Shown here piece after piece: positions 27,442-36,888 of a DNA stretch of 64,000 nt. This stretch comes from Candidatus Algichlamydia australiensis (GTDB taxonomy: Bacteria > Chlamydiota > Chlamydiia > Chlamydiales > JAJFMI01). Under the pieces are notes generated by a model. It saw only the letters and a list, made by a program, of their open reading frames with translations. It searched no databases and had not been told where the DNA came from. Location of the stretch: positions 160,001-224,000 of the forward strand of contig JAXCHI010000004.1 in the NCBI GenBank assembly GCA_033977065.1, read 5' to 3'. A program made the translations under genes and the position numbers. Each line of letters opens with the position of its first letter. Position 1 is the stretch's first letter.

Positions 27442-30126
27442 ATGAATCATTTAGCAAGTGTAAGTAGTAGTGCTGAAAGTACAGGATTTAAAAATCTTAC
27501 TGGTACTCAAGCGTCTGAAAAATTAAATTTATATATTTTTTTTAATCATTTTAATAATCTATTAAGTTTTGATTCCAAAATTAATAAAAATAAATATTTA
27601 ATAAATAAAAGAACTGTTGTCTTGTCGTCAGTTTTAATGTTAGGAGGATCCATATTCTTATGGTTTTTATGGAACCGATTCAAAACTTATCCATCTTGTT
27701 ACTCAATAATCGATAGGGTAGCTCGATCGTTCGAAGGACCTTTTGAGATTAATGCAAAAGACTCCCGTGGCAACACAAAACTATATAATGCTTGTAAAAG
27801 AGAAAATGTTGAGGAGGTAAAAGCTCTTCTAGAATACGAAGGTGTTGATCTTAATCTTCGTCGTGCAGGATGGTATAGTACCCCTTTTAGGAAGGCTTAT
27901 AATGTTGGTAATTGTGAGATTATCGAACTTTTTTCTAAGAGTGGAAAAATAAGCCTCCATACCCTTGAAGATGTACTCGCAGATGCATGTAGAGAAAAAA
28001 AATTAAAGATCATTGAGGTTTTGCTCCAGAATGAAGAAATAGATCCAAATGGGAAATCGCATAGGTGGAGACATAGTCCTTTACAAACGGCTGTTAAAAA
28101 TGGGAGTTTAGAGGTAGTAAGGCTATTACTTCAACACAAGAATATAGATCCAAACTTCTGTAATGATGGAAATTGGACCCCTCTTCAGTCTGCTTGTGAG
28201 AACGGAAATTCAGATATAGTTGAACTTCTACTCCAACATGATAAAATAGATCCGAATATAGGCAGTGAAGTAAAATATAAGCCTCTTTTTTTAGCTTTTA
28301 GAAATAAACATTTTGAAATTGTAAGGATTCTTCTTGAAGATCCAAGAATTGATCCAAACATTTCTGATCCAAACAATAGGCCTCTTCTTTTTCAAATAGA
28401 TAGAAAGTCAGGTGGTATTGAATTAATGAGAGTTTTGCTTCAAAACCCAAATACTGATCTAAATAAAAGAGATTATTTTGACAGGCTACCATTGATTGAG
28501 TTTTATAAAAAATCATTTAATGACAATGACAAAGACTTTCAATTAGAAAAATTTAATCTAATAATTTTTGACAAAAGAATTGATATTAACAAATTTGATG
28601 GTTCTGGTCGATGCTTATTTCATTTCGCTTGTATACAAGGCGATTTAAATACCATAAAATCACTCTTTGAAAGCGAAAGTTTAAACCCTAATTTACCCGA
28701 AAAATCTGGCATTATATGGCATGAGGGTTTTTTTGGAGCTCCTCCAAGGATGGAACGTAATAATAAAGATGGTTTTGGTTACACCGGCTTTCACCAAGCA
28801 GCTCTTTTTGGACATATTGAAACAGTTCGGTTTTTACTTAATGAAGATAGGGTGGATCCAAGTCCAATTTTGGAAACTAGTAGAGGAAGGTTTTCTTTAT
28901 TAAACATATTGCTCTTTGAAGAGAAGATTAAAAAGCAGCAAAATCTAGAAGTATTTAAGCTGTTATGTGAGAGCAATAGAGTTAATTTAGAAGTATCAGA
29001 TGATCATTTTGGCACTCCTTTACAATATTTAATTTTTAAATATGTCCATTTAAGGTGTAGCTTTAGACGTAATGGCCGATGGCAATATGGTCAATACGAA
29101 AAATATCTCAATGAGCTGGTAGATTATTGTCAGTACTTGCAATTGCTTCTTGATAATGGAGCTGATCCAAATATTAGAACTAAAGAAGGAAAAACACCCC
29201 TTTGTGTGGTTGCTGGCATGCTTGGATCACATGAGTTAATCGCGCCTTCCAAGTTGTTATTACAAGCTGGAGCAAATCCAAATGCTGTTGATGGTGATGG
29301 CAAAACTGCTTTTTATCAATTATCTTCTAATTCTTCTTTACAACAAGATCCACATGTATATTTGGATTTAATATCAATGTGGCTTGATTATGAGGCAGAA
29401 GCAGATCAGAAATATTTAAAAAGATTAGTACGATTAGAATATGAAAATGATAATAATGTATTAGTTGATAAAATTATTAATATTTCAGATCGTCTTTATG
29501 GAGGAGATGACTGTATTAATGAACTTCTTCATTATGCCACTCTTGAAAGAAATAGAAAATTAGTTGAGCGCCTTCTCCATGTTGGGGCGGATCCAAATGC
29601 TGTTGATGGGGATGGCAAAACAGCTTTTCAAAAATTCATTTCAGTTAATGAAAGTGAATGGGGCAATCGTAGTACGCAATTCATAATAGATCTACTTCCA
29701 ATATGGCTTGATAGTGAGGCGGATCCAAATATTACTAGTGATAAAAAGAGCAGGACATTACTACATATAATAGCACCTTATTTCAATGATGTTAATCATA
29801 CTTTAAGGGACAGAATTATTAATGCTAATATAAATATTAATTCAGTGGATGATCTTGGTGATACATCCCTTCATTTAGCTTGTAAAGAGGCTAAATATGA
29901 GTCAGTACAACTTCTTTTAAAGCAGGAAAGTATTGATGTAAATATTGAAAATAAGCAAGGAAAGACCCCGCTTTACTATGCTTGTGTAGGAGGTGATGAA
30001 GAGCTTATAAGGTTGCTTCATTCTTGTGGTGCTAATTCAACGCTTGTCATGAATGACTTGGAAAGCTTTTCTGATACAACACAACAAGTTCTTCACTCGT
30101 TAACGAAAACAAAGAGAGCATTCTAA
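27442..30126 (+). CDS. Ankyrin-repeat protein with N-terminal TM segment, putative effector
   Basis: Many TPL/SPLQ.A...G..EVV.LLL....DPN repeats; AT-rich. Confidence 0.88.
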   Translation: MNHLASVSSSAESTGFKNLTGTQASEKLNLYIFFNHFNNLLSFDSKINKNKYLINKRTVVLSSVLMLGGSIFLWFLWNRFKTYPSCYSIIDRVARSFEGPFEINAKDSRGNTKLYNACKRENVEEVKALLEYEGVDLNLRRAGWYSTPFRKAYNVGNCEIIELFSKSGKISLHTLEDVLADACREKKLKIIEVLLQNEEIDPNGKSHRWRHSPLQTAVKNGSLEVVRLLLQHKNIDPNFCNDGNWTPLQSACENGNSDIVELLLQHDKIDPNIGSEVKYKPLFLAFRNKHFEIVRILLEDPRIDPNISDPNNRPLLFQIDRKSGGIELMRVLLQNPNTDLNKRDYFDRLPLIEFYKKSFNDNDKDFQLEKFNLIIFDKRIDINKFDGSGRCLFHFACIQGDLNTIKSLFESESLNPNLPEKSGIIWHEGFFGAPPRMERNNKDGFGYTGFHQAALFGHIETVRFLLNEDRVDPSPILETSRGRFSLLNILLFEEKIKKQQNLEVFKLLCESNRVNLEVSDDHFGTPLQYLIFKYVHLRCSFRRNGRWQYGQYEKYLNELVDYCQYLQLLLDNGADPNIRTKEGKTPLCVVAGMLGSHELIAPSKLLLQAGANPNAVDGDGKTAFYQLSSNSSLQQDPHVYLDLISMWLDYEAEADQKYLKRLVRLEYENDNNVLVDKIINISDRLYGGDDCINELLHYATLERNRKLVERLLHVGADPNAVDGDGKTAFQKFISVNESEWGNRSTQFIIDLLPIWLDSEADPNITSDKKSRTLLHIIAPYFNDVNHTLRDRIINANININSVDDLGDTSLHLACKEAKYESVQLLLKQESIDVNIENKQGKTPLYYACVGGDEELIRLLHSCGANSTLVMNDLESFSDTTQQVLHSLTKTKRAF

Positions 30127-30133
30127 AAAATCA

Positions 30134-31723
30134 CTAGTTTTGGCTGCGCTCAGCTTCTGTCGCTTCGATCGTGGAGCGGAGCTCTTGGAAGTTGGCGATC
30201 AGCAGACCAAAGTCATTTTTGCGAAGAGCAAGTAGGTCAACAGGTGTTTTAGCGCGGACGGTTGCGGAACGTGTTCGCTGATTCAGCAGGGCCATTTCCC
30301 CAAAATATTTTCCTTTATCAAGCTCGGCCACTTTTTGATCGCTCTCTTTAAGCACTTCGACGCTGCCATCAACAATAATGTAGAGATAATCGCCAATATC
30401 ACCTTCGTTGAAGATGATTTCTCCTGGTTCAAAGTGGAGGGGAGCGATGCCAGATGTTGGAGCAATTTTGAGTTGAACAGCTTCAGCTGGGAAGATGGCA
30501 TCAAGTAGCCATGAGAAGGCGACTTTGCATTTGCGGTCGGCACCGGGCAGCTTCATCCAGTAGACAGCGCGCCAGAAAAACCAGGCAAGTAGCCCAGAAA
30601 ATTTGATTTTACCAAAGAGTTCTGCGACAGCGCGGCGGTGGCCGAGGGCGCCAAGCATCCCCATCCCTTTGAACCCAAAGGAATTTTTTTGTTTACCCTG
30701 GATGGTGGCGATGATGTTGTCTGCAGCAATTTTGCCTTGGCGCATCGCAAATTGTGCGGTAGGAGGGCAGGTGCCTTCTCCAGAGGGGTGGGGTGTGGAA
30801 GCGCAATCGCCTAGCGCCCAGAGGTGGTCGCTATTTTCCACTTGGAAGGCAAGGTCCGTTTTAATCCGGCCGCGCTCTTGTGGAATGGAAAGGCCCTCAA
30901 TAAGGGGATTAGGAGAGGAAGGCACGGAAGAGACAATGGTCATTGCAGGGATACGCTCGCCTGATTTTAAAATGGCTTCTTGTGGTGTGGCTGAGGCGAG
31001 ATGTTCACCAAAGCGAATTTCTACTCCGCGTTTTTGCAAAATTTTTCCCGCATATTCGCCAAGCGAGGGGCTAAGCTCGCGATCCATCAAGCGGTCTTTG
31101 CTATGAATAAGAACAACGCGTAGATCCTCTTTTTTTAAGGAGGGCGATTTTTTAATGAGGTGGTGTGCAAAGTCATTCATCTCGGCCACGACCTCTGTTC
31201 CAGAAAACCCACCGCCACCTACGACAAAGGTTAGAAGACGCTTTTTTAAATCGGGATCAGTTTCGATTGCCGCTGCTTCAATGGCATCGATCATATGGTT
31301 TCGGATGCGCAGCGCGTCTGCTAAATTTTTAAATGGCAGGGCGTGTTCATGGATCCCGGTCATTCCACGAAAATCGGTAACAGTGCCGAGTGTAAAAACG
31401 AGATGATCGTAGGAGACTTCAAGGGGTTTATGAGTGAACTGCGGAGCTAAGATAATTTTTTTGTTTTCTAGATCGACTTGATCAATCTCGCGAATGAAAA
31501 GTTTTGTTTTAGGGAGGAGTTTGCGCAGGGAGCTAACGGTATCAAAGACGCCAAGTGAGCCGCCAACAACTTCGGGTAGCATAGGCTGATAGACAAAGTA
31601 GTTTTCGCGATTGATGAGAACGAGTTCCCAATCGGGAAGTTTTTTTAGCAGCTTCTCAAGCCGCATGGCGGTGTAGACACCCCCAAAGCCACCCCCAAGG
31701 ATGACGATACGCTTTTTCTCCAT
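30134..31723 (-). CDS. ndh: Type II NADH dehydrogenase fused to a C-terminal cyclic-nucleotide-binding domain
   Basis: GGGFGG, GGGFSGTEVVAE, ALGDCA, PPTAQFAMRQG; then FEPGEIIFNEGDIGD...YFGEMALL...RSATVRA. Confidence 0.88.
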   Translation of the reverse strand: MEKKRIVILGGGFGGVYTAMRLEKLLKKLPDWELVLINRENYFVYQPMLPEVVGGSLGVFDTVSSLRKLLPKTKLFIREIDQVDLENKKIILAPQFTHKPLEVSYDHLVFTLGTVTDFRGMTGIHEHALPFKNLADALRIRNHMIDAIEAAAIETDPDLKKRLLTFVVGGGGFSGTEVVAEMNDFAHHLIKKSPSLKKEDLRVVLIHSKDRLMDRELSPSLGEYAGKILQKRGVEIRFGEHLASATPQEAILKSGERIPAMTIVSSVPSSPNPLIEGLSIPQERGRIKTDLAFQVENSDHLWALGDCASTPHPSGEGTCPPTAQFAMRQGKIAADNIIATIQGKQKNSFGFKGMGMLGALGHRRAVAELFGKIKFSGLLAWFFWRAVYWMKLPGADRKCKVAFSWLLDAIFPAEAVQLKIAPTSGIAPLHFEPGEIIFNEGDIGDYLYIIVDGSVEVLKESDQKVAELDKGKYFGEMALLNQRTRSATVRAKTPVDLLALRKNDFGLLIANFQELRSTIEATEAERSQN

Positions 31724-31744
31724 ACCCGCAAATTAAAGAAATTT

Positions 31745-32533
31745 CTAATATATTTCGAGTCTTACTTCAAGCTGGGATGAAGTGTGAACTGGTTTGCGGG
31801 GATTTTTTGCCGTGAGAGGCTCAACGCAGACGTAGCTTGCTCCTTCAGGATGAAAGAGTTGCCAAGAGTTTTCTTCCGATGCAGTTTCGTAGAAGAGATG
31901 CAATGAGTAATTTTTAGTGTTGAGCAGGATGCGGTTTTCAATGAGGGGATTTTGGGGATGGAAGTTGGTATCGATAGATCCTTCTACCGGGATGGGTTTT
32001 TTTCCATCATCGATAACTTCAGCAGGGGCTCCATCTATGGCGTAATAAGTATGAAAGCCGATAACAGACGGCTTGTCACTTTCAACAGAGTAGTGAAAAA
32101 GCAGACCCCACGGCATTAGAGTTGCTTCCAAGTGCATTTCAAAATCAAATCCTTCCAGCTTGCGCAGGGGGATGCCGGCAACCTCACTTGATGATTTAAG
32201 TTTTGCTTTGATCTGAGTGGAACTTGCTTCATATTCCCAAGGGACATAGCGCGCGATACCGTGAGAGAAGGGCTCTTTTGTGCCATGTTTTTTGATTCGC
32301 TGAATATGAGGGAAGGCGACTTGGTTAAAATCTGTAGGAATTTCAAAGGCTTCGCGATGGTGAAAGTGCGGACCAATGAGGGCACCAAGGCCAGCAAAGC
32401 GCTCTTCAAAAAGCGGGAGAGTGCTCTGGTCGATTACTTCGACATCACCTCGTTTAAAGCTGAGCAAATTCATGCCGCACTCCGGGGCAAAAGTCGCTTC
32501 AAAAGAGTTATTTGTGAGTCTGATTTTTTTCAT
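31745..32533 (-). CDS. Aldose 1-epimerase-like (galactose mutarotase fold) protein
   Basis: HGIARYVPW, GFHTYY, YVCVEP. Confidence 0.78.
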   Translation of the reverse strand: MKKIRLTNNSFEATFAPECGMNLLSFKRGDVEVIDQSTLPLFEERFAGLGALIGPHFHHREAFEIPTDFNQVAFPHIQRIKKHGTKEPFSHGIARYVPWEYEASSTQIKAKLKSSSEVAGIPLRKLEGFDFEMHLEATLMPWGLLFHYSVESDKPSVIGFHTYYAIDGAPAEVIDDGKKPIPVEGSIDTNFHPQNPLIENRILLNTKNYSLHLFYETASEENSWQLFHPEGASYVCVEPLTAKNPRKPVHTSSQLEVRLEIY

Positions 32534-33131
32534 GCGGTTTTCCTACGAAGATCGCAAAGCGAACATGGTCTTGAACTTCAGGGGAGACGAGCGTAATTTC
32601 CCAATGTTTAGCTACCTGATCGATCCACCACTGCCGTGACTTTAATGTGAGGTGAAGTGTCTCACCAATCAGCTCGCCAAACGGCTCCTCCTCTAAATAA
32701 ATTTGTAACATACCGCCCTTTTTCGTGCGGCTTGCCATGTTGTGAAGAGCGGCATCAACGCGCTCTTCAGGTAGGTGCTCCAAAAGGTCTGCAGAAAAAA
32801 TCCAATCCGTTTTGACGACTTCTTCGGGTAGCTCCCAGACAGAGGCCTCAATAAAACTCACACGCTCATCGATATGACAGAGAGTTTTTATAGATTCGTC
32901 CAGCGCATTTTTTGTGATATCAACAAGCTGAACGTGCATGCCATTGCCTAAAAAGCGTAGCGCGGCGCGGCCGGTACCGCATCCAAAATCTGTTACCGAT
33001 TCGCCTTTGGAGTTTTTTGCAAAATAAAAAAACAGTTTTGCAAGTTTATAGCCGGGGGAGCTATTGCGATAGCGTTTGTCTTGCCAAATTTTTTTGTACT
33101 TTTCTTTTTCAGAGAGTGTAATCGGGTCCAT
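32508..33131 (-). CDS. Class I SAM-dependent methyltransferase
   Basis: VTDFGCGTG, VDI, ADLLEHLP. Confidence 0.85.
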   Translation of the reverse strand: MDPITLSEKEKYKKIWQDKRYRNSSPGYKLAKLFFYFAKNSKGESVTDFGCGTGRAALRFLGNGMHVQLVDITKNALDESIKTLCHIDERVSFIEASVWELPEEVVKTDWIFSADLLEHLPEERVDAALHNMASRTKKGGMLQIYLEEEPFGELIGETLHLTLKSRQWWIDQVAKHWEITLVSPEVQDHVRFAIFVGKPHEKNQTHK

Positions 33132-34194
33132 TGCCTATTCGTGATTGGGCTTGTTGAATTGCTTTATGTAATCTTTCTTGAAGGATTTCTTTTGGAGGTA
33201 GTACTGTAACATACTCTGCAACATGAATTCCAGATGAACTGAGCTCGAGAAGTTCAATTTGCTCTTCTTTTTTTCCTGCGCATAAGATTAAGCCAATAGG
33301 AGGATTTTCACCAGTTCGTCGCTCATGCTTGTCTAGCCAACGTAGGTAGAGCTCCATTTGACCTTTATGCTCTGCTTTGAAGTCACCAAGTTTAAGATCT
33401 ATAACAACTAATCTATTCAAATCTCTATGGAAAAAAAGCAAGTCTATATGAAAATCTTCGTTATCAATGATAATCCGTTTTTGTCTCGCTAAAAAGCAGA
33501 ACCCTGATCCTAATTCTAATAAAAACATTTCTAGTTCTCTCATGATTGCATCTTCGAGGTCGCGTTCTAGATAACGATCATTGAGGTTTAAAAATTCAAG
33601 TACATAAGGATTCTGAAAAACTAAACTTTGAGAGAGTTTGTTTTCGTTTTGTAGTTCATGAAGTTCTTTCTTGGCAATAAGCTCCGATTTTTTTGAAATA
33701 GCAGTGCGTTCAAAAAGAAGAGAATTAATTTTTTTTCGAAGTATTCTAACACTCCATCCTTCAATACGACACATTTGCGCATAGAATTCTCTTTTCATTT
33801 GGTCCTTGATTGGAATAAGGACAGTAAAATGTGTCCAGCTCAATTGTCGTGTCAGTGAAACGACAATTTCCTTGCAAGGGAAAATTTGAGCAAATTGCAT
33901 CATTCTGCGCAAGTTTTTAACTGTGAAACTATTTCCAAATTCAGTGGTTAGTTGGCATGATAGAGAGGTTATAATATTCTCTCCATATTTAGCCCTTTTT
34001 CCTTTTAAAATTTCATTGTTGATGCGGAGGCCCACACGCCAAAAAAGCAATATGAGGCTAGAGTTGGTTGAGAAAGTGATTGCTTTTTTTGTGCTGTCAA
34101 TCATCTCCCGGAGATCTTCTAGCAACTCTAAATTGGATCCAACAGATTTAGATAAAAGCTCTTGATGCATAGCTATTTGTATAGCATGCATCAT
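33109..34194 (-). CDS. YhcG/DUF1016 PD-(D/E)xK nuclease-domain protein
   Basis: LSWTHF, WSVRIL, PYVLEFL, LELGSGF, IDLLFFHR, GQMELYL, PPIGLILC. Confidence 0.92.
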   Translation of the reverse strand: MMHAIQIAMHQELLSKSVGSNLELLEDLREMIDSTKKAITFSTNSSLILLFWRVGLRINNEILKGKRAKYGENIITSLSCQLTTEFGNSFTVKNLRRMMQFAQIFPCKEIVVSLTRQLSWTHFTVLIPIKDQMKREFYAQMCRIEGWSVRILRKKINSLLFERTAISKKSELIAKKELHELQNENKLSQSLVFQNPYVLEFLNLNDRYLERDLEDAIMRELEMFLLELGSGFCFLARQKRIIIDNEDFHIDLLFFHRDLNRLVVIDLKLGDFKAEHKGQMELYLRWLDKHERRTGENPPIGLILCAGKKEEQIELLELSSSGIHVAEYVTVLPPKEILQERLHKAIQQAQSRIGNGPDYTL

Positions 34195-34215
34195 GATTTT
34201 TTTTAAGTTTTTTTA

Positions 34216-34376
34216 GATAGCGTCGTCAAAAGGCTATAATCAGATTATTTTTCATGTTTGTAGCTTATTTTTGTGCGGAAATTGAAGCTGAATTTGTAAA
34301 TTCCGCTTCATTTGAGCACAAAAATGGAGCCCAAACATGAAAAATAAGATGGCTGTATGCTTTTGACAACGCTATC
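34216..34376 (-). mobile_element. 161-bp palindromic MITE-like element, family A, TA duplication
   Basis: Reverse complement of 13016-13176 with 4 mismatches; TA at 34214-15 and 34377-78. Confidence 0.92.
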
Positions 34377-34722
34377 TAGGACCTGTTGCGGGTTTGTTAG
34401 CGGGCCATAGAATCTTGCGCGCCCAGTGGTTGGCGCTCCATGGATCGTTTTTAGTTAACTCTCCGGCCTTATTGCGAATTCCAGCGCTTCGCGAAAGATA
34501 ATTTTTCTTCGCCTCTTTGCTGTAATTGTGACCATATCCCACAGCACCAAAATGAATCAATTTAACGCGACGCTCTCCATTTACCGTTTTTGCTGCTAAA
34601 ACCATCATTTTCTTGGATTTAGAGGTAGATTTTACAGGATGGTTCAATTTCCAAAGCCGACCGTTATATTCGTAGAGGTTTCCGACTTTTTTGAGATCTT
34701 TAACACGTTTTCCCATTTGCAT
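34372..34722 (-). CDS. Small basic protein resembling virus-associated DUF5754-like family
   Basis: KKMMV...KLIHFGAVGY...YLSR...SANHWARKILW; family name from memory. Confidence 0.7.
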   Translation of the reverse strand: MQMGKRVKDLKKVGNLYEYNGRLWKLNHPVKSTSKSKKMMVLAAKTVNGERRVKLIHFGAVGYGHNYSKEAKKNYLSRSAGIRNKAGELTKNDPWSANHWARKILWPANKPATGPR

Positions 34723-34774
34723 AAGAATCTCCTTTTAGTTAAGTTTATTATATAATATATCCAATAAAATTATT

Positions 34775-35155
34775 ATGTCTAATGCAAAGAAAAACAAACC
34801 CAAATTATGGGAGAGGGTGAAAAATAAAGTGATGTCGGCTGCAAAAGGAGGCAAGGCTGGGCAGTGGTCGGCGCGTAAAGCGCAGATTGCAACAGCTTTA
34901 TATAAAAAAATGGGGGGAGGTTACATTGGGAAAAAACGATCTGATAATTCATTAAAGAAGTGGACTGAGCAAGAGTGGGACTATGTAGGAGAACCGAAAA
35001 AAAGTCGCTATTTGCCAAAGAGAGCGGCCGAAAAATTGACCCCAGGAGAAAAAGCTGCTACTAGCCGGGCGAAAAATCGTGGTACTAAAGAGGGGAAGCA
35101 GTTTGTGAAACAGCCCTCAAATGTGGCCAAAAAAACGGCAAAATATCGTAAATAA
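34775..35155 (+). CDS. Small basic protein resembling DUF5872-like family
   Basis: KGGKAGQWSARKAQ...YKKMGGGY...SLKKWTEQEW...RYLPK...GKQFVKQP; family name from memory. Confidence 0.75.
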   Translation: MSNAKKNKPKLWERVKNKVMSAAKGGKAGQWSARKAQIATALYKKMGGGYIGKKRSDNSLKKWTEQEWDYVGEPKKSRYLPKRAAEKLTPGEKAATSRAKNRGTKEGKQFVKQPSNVAKKTAKYRK

Positions 35156-35211
35156 TTCTTTTATTTTGCCGGAAAAATCTAAGCTGTAGTATATTGGAAC
35201 CATTCTGATGT

Positions 35212-35287
35212 GGGGGCTTAGCTCAGTTGGTAGAGCGTCTGATTTGCATTCAGAAGGTCAGGAGTTCGACTCTCCTAGCCTCCACCA
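35212..35287 (+). tRNA. tRNA-Ala(TGC)
   Basis: GGGGGCT/AGCCTCC acceptor with G3-U70, anticodon loop TT-TGC-AT, encoded CCA. Confidence 0.96.
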
Positions 35288-35299
35288 TTTTCACCATGT

Positions 35300-35373
35300 G
35301 CGGTTATAGCTCAGTTGGTTAGAGCGCGACACTGATAATGTCGAGGTCCCTAGTTCGAGTCTAGGTAACCGCA
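35300..35373 (+). tRNA. tRNA-Ile(GAT)
   Basis: GCGGTTA/TAACCGC acceptor, anticodon loop CT-GAT-AA, AGTTCGAGTCT T-arm. Confidence 0.96.
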
Positions 35374-35383
35374 TTCCTTCAGA

Positions 35384-35617
35384 TTAATCTCTTTGAACCC
35401 GCATTTGCCCAAGCCGCTCTGATCCTGCAAGAGCTGCCATGGCAGCAATGTTTGAAAAGTTTACTATAGCGTAACTACGTGTGCTCTCAAGCTCTCCTTC
35501 CCCCCTCTCTTGTCTAAGGTTGCTTCTTGTTGTGTCTGTCGGTTGCCCTTCGATTTGGTTAGGCTGGGCTTTTGGTGGAATTCCTTCTCCAGATGTTACT
35601 GTTGGTCCAACTCGCAT
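35384..35617 (-). CDS. Small hypothetical protein
   Basis: AAGGA RBS before ATG; disordered-looking N-terminus. Confidence 0.5.
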   Translation of the reverse strand: MRVGPTVTSGEGIPPKAQPNQIEGQPTDTTRSNLRQERGEGELESTRSYAIVNFSNIAAMAALAGSERLGQMRVQRD

Positions 35618-35732
35618 AATTTATCCTTTTTTATTATAACTATTAATTTTTAAATATTAATTATAATAAAAAATTAATAAAATAACAAAAATTTTAATAA
35701 GTGATTAATTATTAATTGTTTGCAAATTACGT

Positions 35733-35924
35733 TTAGGAGGATTTGCGAATGGTTTCTAACAATTCTTGCAAAAAGCGCTCTACTTCTGCGTTCAAATCAG
35801 AATTTGATAGAGGGCTTACGGAACGCCTTCCTCCCTCAATTTGAAGAGGGGGAGTCTCTTTTTCACCTTCTTCTAGTCGTTGAAAAGATTGTCCTTCAGG
35901 TAAAGGATTAATTCCGGAAGGCAC
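35733..35924 (-). CDS. Small hypothetical protein (uncertain)
   Basis: 63-aa GTG-start ORF in the intergenic space. Confidence 0.3.
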   Translation of the reverse strand: MPSGINPLPEGQSFQRLEEGEKETPPLQIEGGRRSVSPLSNSDLNAEVERFLQELLETIRKSS

Positions 35925-35936
35925 AATACAACCTAC

Positions 35937-36866
35937 TCATGTGGTTTTGGAAAGAATATAGCCTTGAGAGAGCTCTGCTTTGTATACAAGGTAGAGTCCA
36001 GTTCCAATGATGGAGGTGGCAATGATGATTGGTGGAGAGAAGCTCTCTCCCAAGATAAGCCAACTTGCGATCGAGGCGAAGATAGGGCTAAGCAAGCCAA
36101 CAAAAGAGAGAAAGGTAGCTGTAAGCTTTCGTAGCAAATAGCCATAGAGGTTGTAGCCGATGACATTTGAGAGCAGAGCAGAGAGAAGCATCACTTTTGT
36201 TAGCGGCCACCAGCTGCCAGCTAAAACTGGTGTGGGGGTCCAGCTTTCCGTTAAAAAGGAGTGGCCAAGGGCCATTGCTCCACCAATAAGCATACTCGTT
36301 GCATTAGCCATAAGGGGAGAGACTGAATCCTCTTTTACCGACATGCGGAGCAGAACCCAGCCGTAAACAGAAAAAAGGGCTGCACCAATGATGGCAAGCT
36401 CGGGCCAGCTGATAAAGCCAAAGGCTTTTAAGAAGCCTTCTGAGCCTGTTTGAGTGAGTAAGACAGGTATAATGCCGCAAAATCCGATCGACATCCCGAT
36501 CCACTTTCGCATATTCATCTTTTCGTTAAAGTGCAGATAGGAGAAAAAAGCAGTGAAAAATGGAGAGAGGCTGTAGATAAAGCACGCTTTTCCAGCAGTA
36601 AGGTGGCCTAATCCCCAGTATTCTAAAATATTTGTTAGGTAGATACTAAAAAATCCAAGGATCGTTAGGGAAAGGAGTTGTTTTTTACTAATACGAAAAG
36701 ATTTGCGATCAGTAAAAAAAAGAATACTATAAATCATTGCTGAGCCAAGCAGCATGCGAAAAGCGGTCAAAAAGATCGGGGGACAGAATTCTAGGGCGTA
36801 TTTCCCTAGAGGAAAGCTCATCGACCAGATGGCGTAAAGAAGTATAGATAACCCGATAGATAACAT
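35937..36866 (-). CDS. EamA/DMT family transporter
   Basis: PPIFLTAFRM, LSPFFTAFFSYLHFNEK, LSPIFA..ILGE. Confidence 0.85.
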   Translation of the reverse strand: MLSIGLSILLYAIWSMSFPLGKYALEFCPPIFLTAFRMLLGSAMIYSILFFTDRKSFRISKKQLLSLTILGFFSIYLTNILEYWGLGHLTAGKACFIYSLSPFFTAFFSYLHFNEKMNMRKWIGMSIGFCGIIPVLLTQTGSEGFLKAFGFISWPELAIIGAALFSVYGWVLLRMSVKEDSVSPLMANATSMLIGGAMALGHSFLTESWTPTPVLAGSWWPLTKVMLLSALLSNVIGYNLYGYLLRKLTATFLSFVGLLSPIFASIASWLILGESFSPPIIIATSIIGTGLYLVYKAELSQGYILSKTT

Positions 36867-36888
36867 GAGCCTATTTTATCACGGTTTT

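Noticed and set aside
13016..34376. Palindromic elements as integron attC sites
   Set aside because: There is no integrase, the copies are dispersed in both orientations and insert inside genes with target duplications, and the core-like GTTAGAT/ATCTAA sequences face the wrong way for attC.
33109..35373. Prophage or integrative element at tRNA-Ala/Ile
   Set aside because: No integrase, structural genes or duplicated tRNA end are visible, and the genes lie on the 5' side of the tRNAs.
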